NCBI GenBank assembly: GCA_026936335.1
Contig: JAPMXV010000013.1
Location: forward strand, 124,001 to 188,000
Reading direction: 5' to 3'
From: Mantamonas sphyraenae STR306
Lineage: Eukaryota; Protista; CRuMs
DNA: 64,000 bases
The stretch's first letter is position 1, and the number at the start of each line of letters is the position of its first letter. Shown here piece by piece: positions 25,101 to 36,001 of the stretch. A program made the position numbers and the translations under genes. Under the pieces are notes generated by a model. That model saw only the letters and a list, made by a program, of their open reading frames with translations, ran no database searches and had not been told where the DNA came from.

Positions 25101-27974
25101 CTTGCGGCGGAACAGGGGCTGGATGGGGCGGTGAAAATCCTGCTGCAGGGGTACGCCAAGCCGCGAGAGCTGCTGAAGAAGCAGAACAAGCACGGATCGG
25201 CGTTGCACAACGCAGCCCGCGGCGGACACGTGGACACACTGCGTGTGTTGCTGGAGGCGCAGGCAGATGTGAATCTGGCACGCACCACAGACGGATACAC
25301 GGCTGTGGCCGAGGCGGCGGAGGAGTGTCAGTGGGAGGCGGTGCAGGTTCTGCTGGAACACAATGCGGTGCGTGTGGATTGGGTGGACAAGCAGGGCCGC
25401 GGCTTGTTGTATCGTCTGTTGGGATTGCACCGCAGCGAGGAAGAGGTGCGCGAGGCAGGCGGCATTGTGCAGGCGGCGGTGATGACAGTGGTGTCGCGTG
25501 GAGCGCCACGTGCAGATGGCCAGGGCAGCAGTGTGTTGCATGCAGCGGCGGCACAGGACAGGGTGGAGGCGATCACCTTGCTCCTGGATGCACACGTGTG
25601 CCAGGCAAGCGATTTGGACGAGGAGGGACGCACGCCGTTGCACGTGGCAGCGGCGGCAGGCGCACAGGCGGCGGTGCGTGCATTGCTGGAACATGGAAAG
25701 GTGGACCCAGAGGCGACGGATGCAGCAGGACGCACGGCAGAAAAGTTGGCGGCAGACAAGGGCCACCAGGCTGTGGTGACACTGTTGCAAGAGTGGGGCA
25801 AGTCGCACGGCGAAGGAGGGGCGGGCAATGCGCGCAAGACGGCAATGCTGGAGGCAGCAGATACGCTGAGCGACAATGAGATGCAACTGAGCGAAGACGA
25901 TGAGGAGGAGGAGGAGGAGGAAGAGGAAGAGAGTGGGAGGAAGAGCAGCAGTCGAGGAGGAAGCAAGGTGAGCACGAGAGCAAGCAGCAAACGTGTGAGC
26001 GAAGCAGAGGAGGAGGCGTCGCGGAGGAGCAGTCCTTCGAAAAAGGGAGTCAGTGGAAGCAGCAGCAGCAGCAGCAGCAGCAGTCGGCACTCAACGGTTG
26101 CAACGACGCCGAGGGGAGGAAAGATGTCGCTGCGTGCAGGGGCTCGCATGGTGGGGTGGGCTGCAAGTGGCGGAAAGGGGCGGTATGGAGATGAAGAAGA
26201 GGAGGAGGAGGAGGAGGAGAGGGAGAAGAGTGGACGGGCGAGTGGTGTGGATGCAGATGAGGAGGAGGAAAAGGAGGAGGAGGAGGAAGAGGGGCGCAAG
26301 GAGACAAAGAAGGAACGCAAGAGGAGGAAGAAGGAGGAAAGGAGGGCCAGACGACGGGAGAGGCGAAGGAAGAGGAAGGAAGCAAAGAACGAGGTGATTG
26401 GAGATCTGTTTGGGATGGACGATGGCGGAGGGGGCGGCAGTGGAGGGTCGGAGGAGGAGGGTGGTGATGAAGAGGGTGGGAAAGGGCTGGTCAGGAGCAC
26501 GTTGGATGCGAGTGCACACGCGGCCATGGGCATTGACGAGCTGACTCAACTGTATGGACCAGAGTTGGCGATGCGGATTGTGGAAGAGCGTCGGCTGGAG
26601 GCAAGCATGCTGGAAGCGAGTCGTCTGGAAGGAGGCATTCTGGAAGCAAGCATGCGGGAGGTGGAACTCAGTGAGGAGGAAGAAAAGGCATTGGCAGGGT
26701 TGGCGAAGCTGCAGCGACGCATGCAACGGTCGCTGACGGAGCTGAGCAAGCGGCTGGTGGTGGAGCAGGACACACGACGTGGTATGGAGGTGGCTATCAA
26801 GCAGATCCACTCGGATATGTTGAGTCTGTGGTACGAGCGGGAGAGCGGTGAGGGCCAAGGAAGCAGCGGCAGCGGGAGTAGTGAGGGGTTTGGAGCCAGC
26901 AGCAGCATGTCGAGTGCAGCGAATGCGTGGACGAGTGGCAACGGGGGCGACGTGGGTGTGCGTGGCGCAAGCAGCAGCAAACGCAAAGCCATGATTCCGC
27001 TGGCGACGTACATGCAACGGATGGCACATCAGACGCGAATTTACGGCGAGGGTGGCGTGCGACGAGGACGACAATTGGGAGGCGGCGGCGCACCGAGTAC
27101 AGAGTTGCACAGTGCATGTGCACACTGCCGTGCGCTGATGGCAGAGGGGAAGCAATTCCGGCATGGGCCGCATCGGCATGTGCTCCCAGGCAGGGCCGCG
27201 GGGGGAGGATGGGAGGACGATGAGGATGGTTGGACGTCCCAACAGGAGGATTGGGAGCACATGGAGGTGGAAGACATCCATGACGAGGACAGTGACAGCG
27301 TGGTGGATCTGTTTGTGGGTGGCGAAAGCATGCACAAGAGCAGACGGGACATGGATCGATACCTGGGCGAGATCCGCACAAAGTATCTGTATGGAGTGCA
27401 AGACGAGCTGCAGCACGGGAGCAGCAGTACGAACAGCGGTGGTGGTGGTAGTGGTGGTGTTGCTGGTGGTGCTGGTGGTGCCAGGAGGAGGAGGGATGCA
27501 CAGGTGCCGTACGGGTCGACGGGTGCGTATGCCAACGGAAGTAGCAACAGTGTGCGCTATGCCACGTTTGGCTCACGGATGGAGTTGGGCCACGCCGAAT
27601 CGCATCCACGCACGGATCCGGCCAGGCTCGCGTTTCGAGACAAGCCGTGGGCCACCCCGCCGCCAACGAAACCCAAATCACGGCTGGCCATGTCCATGCG
27701 TCATGCACAGAGTGCACGCAAGGTGCGTGGGAAGCAGGGGCCAGCAGGGAGTGCCACAGGCAGCGGGCGAAGCCAAAGTGCCAAACCACGCAGGCCGTTC
27801 CAGACGGCGGGTGCGCCACCCAGCGAGGAGATGGAACGGTACCGGGAGGAGATGCGACAATGGCAGGTGCGACGTCGCACAGGAGGTGCAGGGGCAGGCG
27901 GAGGAGGGTTGCAGGCATTGAGTGTGGCAGTGACAGAGGCACGCGAGGATGGCTTTCGATACAGTGCGGTGTGA
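22196..27974 (+). CDS. Large ankyrin-repeat protein with acidic/low-complexity and coiled-coil C-terminal half
   Basis: Exon1 22196-22543 (MGLFGRKKKK, possible myristoylation plus polybasic patch), intron 22544-22772 (GTGAGT...CACAG), exon2 22773-27974 with more than 20 TPLH/TALH ankyrin repeats. Confidence 0.88.
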
Positions 27975-28027
27975 ATGGATTGCGATGATGATTGGATTGG
28001 GGTGGGATGACAATTGTGTGCTCTTGT

Positions 28028-30749
28028 TCATTTGCCGTCCAGCACGCGAAAGGTGTCCTGTCGAGGCGACAGCACCTTGAGTGGGATGGAGTTGCGCTCG
28101 CGAGTTTCCCTGGGCAGGGACTTGCCAAAGTCGACCACGTAGGCTTTGGGCGGAGGCACCTCTGCGTTGATCATAAACATGTTTGAGCGCACAGGCTTGT
28201 CCTGCTGCGCCCGCAGACGCTGTTCCCGAGACAGCATCTTGTCAAACGGCTCGCCCGTGCTACGCTTTGTGCCTGCCGTCGTCGCCCTCCTCTGTGCACG
28301 TGCACGTGCCGACGCCGAATTGCGACGTGAGCGCACTGTGCCACGCTTACTAAACGGACCCGTGGAGGCCGGCCGAGGGGGTTGGCCCGACGACGACGAC
28401 GACGATGAGCTGGAGGCTTCGTTGCCTGCGTTGTCGTTGTACGTGGCCAGGATGGGTTCGCCACGGATGCCAGTGTTGCGGAAGCGTGGCGGTCCGTTGT
28501 CCAGTTTGACGGTGGGGGTGTGTTTCTTCAGGGGCTGCGGGTCGTACATGAGATCGACGCCGTGGACCTTCAGGTTGACGTAATGGTCGTTGTGGCCCGT
28601 CATGCGCTCAAAGTTGGGTGCCGAGCTGGGCCGTGCCGACGATGCACGCGGGGTGTCCTGCTTGGCGTGCACGTTGCCACGCGAGTCCACAAACGTGCCC
28701 GTGGGATCGATTTCGCCGCCACCGCCACCGCCACCGCCACCACTGCCATTCTCCTTGTTGTTGCCGCCGAGCAGCACCGCACGCGAGCTCTTGGGACGGT
28801 AGAACATGCGCCGTTGCGGCGGGTCGGAAAACTTGACCACAGGTTGCCGCTTGCTGACGACGGGATCGGCGGTGCGCACGTCGTAGGGCACCTTGGGCAC
28901 CACGGGTTTGATGTCCTGGCGCCCAAAGGTGGACACTTTGGCGCGCTGCTCGCGGGAAATCTGCTTGTCAAAGCTGCCGACAAAGACAGGCGTGCGACGG
29001 GAGTTGCTGAGGCGGCGGTACGCCTCGTCGGTGACGTCGTACTCAAGACTGGTGGGCACATACGTGGCGGCAGCCATGCTGACCACCTGCTTGTCCCTTG
29101 CAATCTGCTTGTCAAACACGGGCACCATGCACGACGCCACACTGCGCGGTCGCGTGGCATCCATGGCCCGTTTCGTGTCGTAGAACGAGGGTCCGGCTTT
29201 GCCTTGCTGCCGCGACGACGACCCGTGCTCCCGCGGCGTCAGTTTGCCAAAGTCGTAGCTGGGCGTGTGAGCACGCGGCTTCTCGTCACGCGGGTAGTAG
29301 AACGTGTCTGCCCCGTCGCGCCGCACCACATTGCTAAAGTTGCGTGGTGTGGTCTTGAAGAAGAAGCTCTCGTTGCGTTTGCGCTCCTTGGCCTCCTTCT
29401 CCTCCAATTCCGCCATCTCTTCCGCCCATGCCGCCTGTGCCTCCGCTGTAGCCTCCTCGTCCACCACCTCTTCTCCCTCCTCGTTGATCATCATGACCAG
29501 CGGCGGGCCCATCTCGCTCTCGCCAGCCCCACGCATGGCCCCACTGGTGCCGCTGCGTCCCTGACGTGATCGCAACCGTTCGCGTGCCCGTTCCCTGCTC
29601 GTTTGCGGCCGGTGTGTGCGTTCCCGTTCCACAATCGCTCGCGCTCGAATTTCCCCCGCGGTCAACGGCCGCTCGCGCGGCTGCGTGCGCACGTCCGGTC
29701 GTATCTGTGTCACTGGGGTGCGCTTGCTCTGGCTGATGGCGTCGTACTTGGGGTTGTAATAGCCCACGGGGGGTGTGTCCCACCGTTCCGTGGACACTGC
29801 AAACACGCCGGTGTCCCTTCCCATTGCGTTTGTGAACCGAGAGGTGCTCAGTGACCAGGCACTGGGTCTGGGTTTGCTTTCGGGCTCCTTGGTGCGTTCG
29901 TGCTCCTCCAGCAGTTCCCGCAACTTCATCTCCGCCGGTGTCAACTGCGCCTTTTCCCTCTCCTCGGCCGCCGCCTTTTCACGTCGCTCTGCGTCTGCCG
30001 CATGCGCATCCTCGGCGGCCGTGCTTCGTGTTGCCGTCAGTGTGTCCCCTTTGGCGTTGTAGTCCACACGGAACGACGACGGGTTCACTTCGCTTTTCCC
30101 GTCCGCCTCATATAGACGTGTGCCTCGTTTGCCACCCCCCTGTGTGCCTCCTCCTCCGCTTCCCTGTCCTCCTCCTCCTCCTCCTCCTCCCTCTTTCGCC
30201 TGTCGTGCCGCCTGTGACTTGGCCAGCAGATCTTGGAACGCGTGGGCCAGCCTCACTTCCTCCGAACCGCTGCCGCCCTCACTGCTGCTCCCATCCTGCG
30301 TCCCCGTGCTCCCTCCCTGCCCTCGCCGCCCAGCATCTCGTCGCTTTCGCTTCTCGTACGCTGTCGGCTCGTCGATCTTGACCCCCAATGCTGTGGACCG
30401 CCCACCAAATGTCCCGGTGTCAGAAAGCCGTTGCAGATTTTTCCTTTTTCACTGGTACCCCCCTTCCACCTCCCCAGAGCGTTGCACACTGCATCACACT
30501 CCTCTATGCAATGGCCACGTGGCATATGGTTGTATGGCAGTGCCAATGGCAGGCAGTGATGTGGGCATATAGGGTGTAGGTGCTGTGTGGGGGAAATGTG
30601 TGTGGGAGCGTGTTTTGGGCGCGCTCGGCATCGTGCTTCCGTGGCGCCACAGCCTTACCTTTGAGTTTGACGGTGACCATACTTGTGGTGGATGCGCCCA
30701 CACGCGACAGACTCTGCACAGGGGCAAGGTTGACTTTGGTGTTGGACAT
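28028..30749 (-). CDS. Putative ciliary/microtubule-associated protein with STPG/ODF3-like PG-Y repeats
   Basis: Exon1 30749-30659, intron 30658-30391 (GTAAGG...CACAG, phase 1), exon2 30390-28028. Motifs PPVGYYNPKY, GPSFYD and recurring F(D/G)KxxxR(E/D). Confidence 0.65.
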
Positions 30750-30811
30750 CTGTGTGTGTGTGGGGTGGGGTTTGCTTGCCGCCGGGAGCGACAACAAATC
30801 CACAAGCAACG

Positions 30812-31045
30812 ATGTCGGGGGCAGTCAACACAAACATCAAATTGATGGCACAGCGCAAGAGTGGAGGCATGGTATGGAAGGAGTTTGGCAAAAAGACGGT
30901 GTGGGTGGCTGCCTTTGTACTGGCCGTCCGTGCTGCTCCGTACGTCATCGAAGCCGTGTCCTCGTACATGGGCGGCGGCGAGGAGGCAAACCAGCCGCAG
31001 GAGCTGCCAGGAGGCTTCCTGCTCCCGGGCAACACGCCCATGTAA
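30812..31045 (+). CDS. Small TOM-complex subunit (animal Tom5/plant TOM6-like), 77 aa
   Basis: Single TM segment VWVAAFVLAVRAAPYVIE resembles the IIRAAPYVL/LLRVTPFIL signature of small TOM subunits. Confidence 0.55.
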   Translation: MSGAVNTNIKLMAQRKSGGMVWKEFGKKTVWVAAFVLAVRAAPYVIEAVSSYMGGGEEANQPQELPGGFLLPGNTPM

Positions 31046-31187
31046 AGAATGCAGGTGGCCAGAGCCGGTGAGCAGCGGCGGCGCCGGGGATTGAAATCGT
31101 GCGGAAGCATGCGCCGACGGGCTCGCCTGGAGACAAGCCCCTTTCCCTCCCACACACACACACACACACATGACATGAGAATAATAA

Positions 31188-31820
31188 TCAAAGAGTTAAT
31201 TCAGTGCACACCACATACTGCTCCCGCGAATCCTTGCGTGAGGCCTGCGGTTTTGCCATCCGGACGCGACGGAAGTGACGGGAGGCCCTCTCCTGCAACT
31301 CAGCAAGGGCTTGGCCAGGACTGACCTTGGCCACAAAGGCACCGCCTGGACGCAAATGGGCCAGGGCCACGTCGAGGGCAATGTCCACCAGAGAGATGAG
31401 TTGGAGGTGGTCGAGTTGTTTCTGTCCCGTTGCACTTGGGGCCATGTCCGACAGCACCACATCCAAACCATGGGTGTCCTCTACGGCACGTTGGATGGCA
31501 GCGTGTGTCTTGCGGCTGCGGATGTCTGCGCGCAGACGTCGCACGCCGGCAATCGGTTCCATGCTCTGGCGATCCACAGCCAGCACCACGCCCTTGGGGC
31601 AGCGTTGAGCACAGACTTGGGACCAGCTGCCCGGAGCCGCACCCAGGTCCAACACACGCGACGTGGGTTGCAGCAGGTGGAAGCGGTCGTCCAATTGGAG
31701 CAATTTAAAGGCGGCACGCGAGCGGAAACCCAGTTTCTGCGCCTTGGCCACCCATTGGTCTTTCATCTGACGTTGCAACCACTGTTGAGACGACAGTTTG
31801 CGTCCCTTGTTGCAGCCCAT
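31188..31820 (-). CDS. MRM2: rRNA 2'-O-methyltransferase RlmE/FtsJ/MRM2
   Basis: SSQQWLQRQMKD, FRSRAAFKL, LDLGAAPGSWSQV, VLSDMAP, KPQASRKDSRE. Confidence 0.92.
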   Translation of the reverse strand: MGCNKGRKLSSQQWLQRQMKDQWVAKAQKLGFRSRAAFKLLQLDDRFHLLQPTSRVLDLGAAPGSWSQVCAQRCPKGVVLAVDRQSMEPIAGVRRLRADIRSRKTHAAIQRAVEDTHGLDVVLSDMAPSATGQKQLDHLQLISLVDIALDVALAHLRPGGAFVAKVSPGQALAELQERASRHFRRVRMAKPQASRKDSREQYVVCTELTL

Positions 31821-31930
31821 GATCCAAAAGGAGTGGTAGTGTGGAGGGTGAGAACGGGGGGGGGGGAGGAGGAAGGATTTGAATTGGTTTGCTTGCCTTG
31901 GATGGTGACTGGACACTCACCTCACCTCAC

Positions 31931-34090
31931 TCACAATTCGGTGCTGACGGCAGCTTCTGTGCTCAAGGCCAGCCATGCAGCACGGACACCCATTCGTACA
32001 CCTTCAAGGATGGTCTTGCCTTGGCACAGTGCAGCGCACAGTGCTCCCAGGAGAGAGTCACCACAGCCGGTGACACTGAGGATGTGTGTTGGAGCCTGAA
32101 TGGCCGGGTAAAAGTAATCCACGTCTGCGTGGCGGGAGCTGAGGAGCAAGCCATCGGCACCCATTTTCACAATAAGGTGTTCCAACGCATTCCAACGGGA
32201 ATCGAGCAGGTGTCGACACATCATCTGCAGCTCCTGCATGCGTGTGTCACTCTGTGTGTTTTCCTGGTAGCTGTGGTTCAGGCGGTCGACGTTGGGTGCC
32301 ACACGCAGCGAACGCACGCTGCGTTTTCGCCATTGGCCTCCCGTGGCCTCACACAATGCCTCCAATTCCTCTGCATTGGGTGACATGAGCCACACGGCAT
32401 CCATGCATGCGTCCTGCACCGCACGCTTGGCTTTGGTGCATGAGGTGGGCTCAAAGACGACACGCGCTCGTCCTTGCGCTGTCGTGCACAGGTGTGCCAT
32501 GGCCTGTGCAGACAAGTTGCCATCCATGACGAGGAGCACGGCGTTGGGTGTCCATTGCGAGCCACAGGCCTTGTCCAGAGCCGCCTCCACGTTTGCTTGC
32601 ATGCGGGGAGTGTCAAAGATGCGCTCAAAGATGCTCATGTCTGCGAGTCCGTGCCGCAGTGCACGTGTGTCGTCCAGGAGGGCCAGGTAGGTGGCTGTGC
32701 GTTCCTGGTCACACACCAACACATGGCTGTCGTCCACACGCAACTCTTGTGTGAGCCGCGCACGTACGAGGGCCCCAAAGGCATCGTTGCCCACGGCAGA
32801 CACAAACACAGGCACCGATCCGCTGCGAGCCATGGCTTCACACACATTGCCAGCCACGCCGCCAAATCCAATCCCATTCTGCGCTGGCACGCTGTCATTG
32901 GTGCGCAAACGGACCTCGTGTGCTGGACGTGCTGTCAAATCCACCGCCACACCACCCACAACCACAGCTTGCATGCGAGTGCCCACCATCGCCTGCAGGT
33001 CACGCGCCTCCAGCTTTCCTGGTCCTCCACGGAGCTTCGACAGGGCCACCGCCACATCCGCTCCCTGCCGCGCGTTGTTCAACACCAATTGGATGTTGGA
33101 CGCCAACGATGCCCCTTTGGTCAATTGGTTGACCCGTGCAAGCAGGAATGGCGTCGAGTCTTTGCCCTTGACGCCACTTTGTTCCAAATCACCCAGTGCT
33201 TGATCAATGGCCTCCTGGATGACCTGTCCTTCAGCCTCGTACTGTTCGGGGATGGGCACAGTGAAGAGCAACCCCGACTTCAAACCCAATTGGGAGTGTG
33301 TGTGGATGATGGAAGCCATGTCCGCGGGGCTGTCGAGGCGGTTCACGCGGAGATCCTCTGCGTGGCGCCGTGTGAAAAACGCAGGCAGCTGATCTGTGTT
33401 GAGACCATACACGGGGACACCCTGTGTTTCCAGGTATTCCATGGTGCGTGGTACGTCGAGGATGGACTTGACACCTGCGCTAACGACGCAGACGGGGGTC
33501 TGTCCCAGTTCCGTCAGGTCTGCGGAAATGTCCATGTGTGTTTCGACGCCACGATGCACTCCACCAATGCCACCGGTGACAAAGACGTCAATGCCGGCCA
33601 TGTGGGCAATCAACATGGTGGACGCCACCGTAGTGGCGCCGACCTCTTGCCGAGCCACCACCGCCGCTACGTCCCTGCGGGACACCTTGCGTGCACGCGT
33701 GCCCGTGCGTGCCAGCTTCTCCAGTTGCTGAGCATCCAATCCCACACACAGCATCCCGTCCAGAATGGCAATGGTGGCGGGAACTGCGCCACGACTGCGA
33801 ATCACAGCCTCCACACGCTTCGCCGTCTCCAAATTCTGCGGGTACGGCATCCCATGCGAAATGATGGTGCTCTCCAACGCCACCACGGGGCCCCTACGTT
33901 GCAACGCTGCACTCACCTCGGGTGCCAGCTTCAGAAGGGTGTTGTGACGACGACGAGGGGCCTGTGTGTGCGACGAGGCGGTGCCTCCGCTGTTGTCCAC
34001 AAGCCGCTTTGTCAGCCTTGCAAACGGTCCCCCCACGCGCTCGGGACACACATGGCTCAGAATACAGTTGGCTCTGTGCACACTCGCCAT
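31931..34090 (-). CDS. Bifunctional pseudouridine-5'-phosphate glycosidase (PsuG/IndA) + PfkB pseudouridine kinase
   Basis: PVVALESTIISHGMPYPQN, TGGIGGVHRG and DISADLTELG, followed by PfkB motifs GGVAGN, VGNDAFG, SPNAEEL and VTGCGD. Confidence 0.93.
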   Translation of the reverse strand: MASVHRANCILSHVCPERVGGPFARLTKRLVDNSGGTASSHTQAPRRRHNTLLKLAPEVSAALQRRGPVVALESTIISHGMPYPQNLETAKRVEAVIRSRGAVPATIAILDGMLCVGLDAQQLEKLARTGTRARKVSRRDVAAVVARQEVGATTVASTMLIAHMAGIDVFVTGGIGGVHRGVETHMDISADLTELGQTPVCVVSAGVKSILDVPRTMEYLETQGVPVYGLNTDQLPAFFTRRHAEDLRVNRLDSPADMASIIHTHSQLGLKSGLLFTVPIPEQYEAEGQVIQEAIDQALGDLEQSGVKGKDSTPFLLARVNQLTKGASLASNIQLVLNNARQGADVAVALSKLRGGPGKLEARDLQAMVGTRMQAVVVGGVAVDLTARPAHEVRLRTNDSVPAQNGIGFGGVAGNVCEAMARSGSVPVFVSAVGNDAFGALVRARLTQELRVDDSHVLVCDQERTATYLALLDDTRALRHGLADMSIFERIFDTPRMQANVEAALDKACGSQWTPNAVLLVMDGNLSAQAMAHLCTTAQGRARVVFEPTSCTKAKRAVQDACMDAVWLMSPNAEELEALCEATGGQWRKRSVRSLRVAPNVDRLNHSYQENTQSDTRMQELQMMCRHLLDSRWNALEHLIVKMGADGLLLSSRHADVDYFYPAIQAPTHILSVTGCGDSLLGALCAALCQGKTILEGVRMGVRAAWLALSTEAAVSTEL

Positions 34091-34150
34091 GCTTCTGCTG
34101 GTGGGCGTGTTGATGCAATGCAGCGCTGGTCGAGGCAGCGCCGACACGCC

Positions 34151-34278
34151 ATGTCATCGTCATCGTCGTCATCATCGTCGTCGTCCTCCTCATCATCATC
34201 CTCCTCCTCATCATCCTCCTCCTCATCGTTTGGGTTCGACAAGGATGCGTGGAATTCATACATGGACCGTGGCGAGGG

Positions 34279-34311
<33 letters not shown>

Positions 34312-36001
34312 GAGCAAACCCAGCCTCGAGTCGTTGGAGGCCTTTCAACAGCGAGTGCTGGAGAAAGAGATCGATTTGTTTGAAGAGGGTGTCGGTGTCT
34401 CTGAATTGCACATGCAGGCGTCCATGGGAAATCTGGAGGTGGTCGAGTGGATCCTGGGTGAGTGTTGACACAAACAAACGCGAGCGAGGGGGCACAGACG
34501 GAATTGACGCCTTCCGTCTCCTTCCCGGTCTCTTTGTCTCGCTGACACCCTCCCCACCACGCGTGCACACACATGGCTCACAGATCAGGGTGTTGGGGTT
34601 GACCTGCGTGACCAGTACGAAAACACGCCTTTGTCTGTGGCCGCAAGCTCGGATCACAAGGAGGTGGCGCATCTGCTGCTGAACCGTGGCGCCGACCCAG
34701 AGGCACACAACAAGTTCAACGACTCGGTGATGCACAAAGCGGTGTATCACAACTCACGCAAGGTGTTGGGTGAGCTTCTGGTGCGCGGTGGCCACGGCAT
34801 GCTGCTGAATGGGAAGAAAATCCGTCCGGACCAGGTGGGCCGGTATGCAGAGGCACAGAACATGGTGGCCAATTGGGTGGCCGACGCATACCACGCCATT
34901 GGATCGTCGCTGGTGCCTGTGAAGATGGGAGCGTCGTTTGGGATGCGGTTGCTGATCGAACAGGCACGCAGTATGGAGTCCAGGGGCTATCTGGGGTGCA
35001 CCCTGTGTCGTCAGAGCAAGGACAGCATCGCCCGCTGCTCCGGTTGTGGCCTTGCCTTTTACTGTTCCCAGGATCACCAGCGGACAGACTGGAAACGAGG
35101 CCACAAGGCTGTGTGCAAGGCCGTGCAGGCGCTCCTCAAGGACAACGGTCTTGACGGCGAACGCTATGCCCATTTGCCGCACTTTTACGACGCCCTATCG
35201 TTGCCTCCTATGAAAGAGGCAGAGGCAGAGGCAGAGGCAGAGGCAGAGGCAGAGGAGGAGGCCGGAGAGAGGGAAGCGAGCCCCGTGGAACGTCCGCAGG
35301 TGTTGAATCGCTGCGCACAGGCTCATGAGAGCGAATTAGACGCATGGGAGGATGTTCCAGACGCAGAGGCAATGCCGTGTGCCGCGTGGTTTCACACGGG
35401 TGACACAGAGACACTGGCAGAGGTGGAGGCGAGCGAATGGCTTTCGCTGGTCGGATGCCAGACGTGCGATGAGACGCTGGTCGTGCGTGCTGGAAGCCAC
35501 GGACACAAGGGTGCAAAGAACATGCAAGTGCACACGCGTCGGTACTATTCGCACTGTCTCAAGCGAGCGGTGGTTCAGGTGGTGGCAGACGAGGAAGGCA
35601 ACGAGGCGACGGCCGAGTGGATGGCAAGCGATGCAGAGACGTCGCAGGTGCCTGATGGTCAGGTGGACCGCAATGCGGCGCATCGGTTGGGTGTGGCACC
35701 TGTGTTGTGGGAGTTGGGTCAACGCAAGGCCACCATGCAGTGCGTGGTGCATTGTGACGCGTGCGACCGCTGCCACGACCAGAATGTGATGCATTGCACA
35801 CAATGTGGTGACATCTCCTACCCGCGTGGTGTGCCTTGTGTCCATTGTCACGACATGACGGTCAACGACGACGGAATTGTTTTTCTCCCCACTGCTGAGT
35901 CAGGCTCTTGTTCAGATGCGCTGTGCACATGTGGCGACGGTGAAACCTACTGGAAGGGTGTGCCCCTTGACGAAACCACGTTGATGTGCGGCACGAAATG
36001 A
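34151..36001 (+). CDS. Ankyrin + MYND zinc-finger protein with C-terminal Cys/His-rich zinc-binding region
   Basis: Exon1 34151-34457 (poly-Ser), intron 34458-34583, exon2 34584-36001. Ankyrin repeats, MYND (CTLC...CSGC..AFYCSQDHQRTDWKRGHKAVC), then HCDACDRC...HCTQC. Confidence 0.85.
35216..35256 (+). repeat. (GAGGCA)n hexanucleotide coding microsatellite (EA repeat)
   Basis: gaggcagaggcagaggca... encoding EAEAEAEAEAEAE. Confidence 0.85.

Noticed and set aside
31931-34090. PsuG-PfkB fusion as a novelty
   Set aside because: This bifunctional fusion is already known in many eukaryotes.
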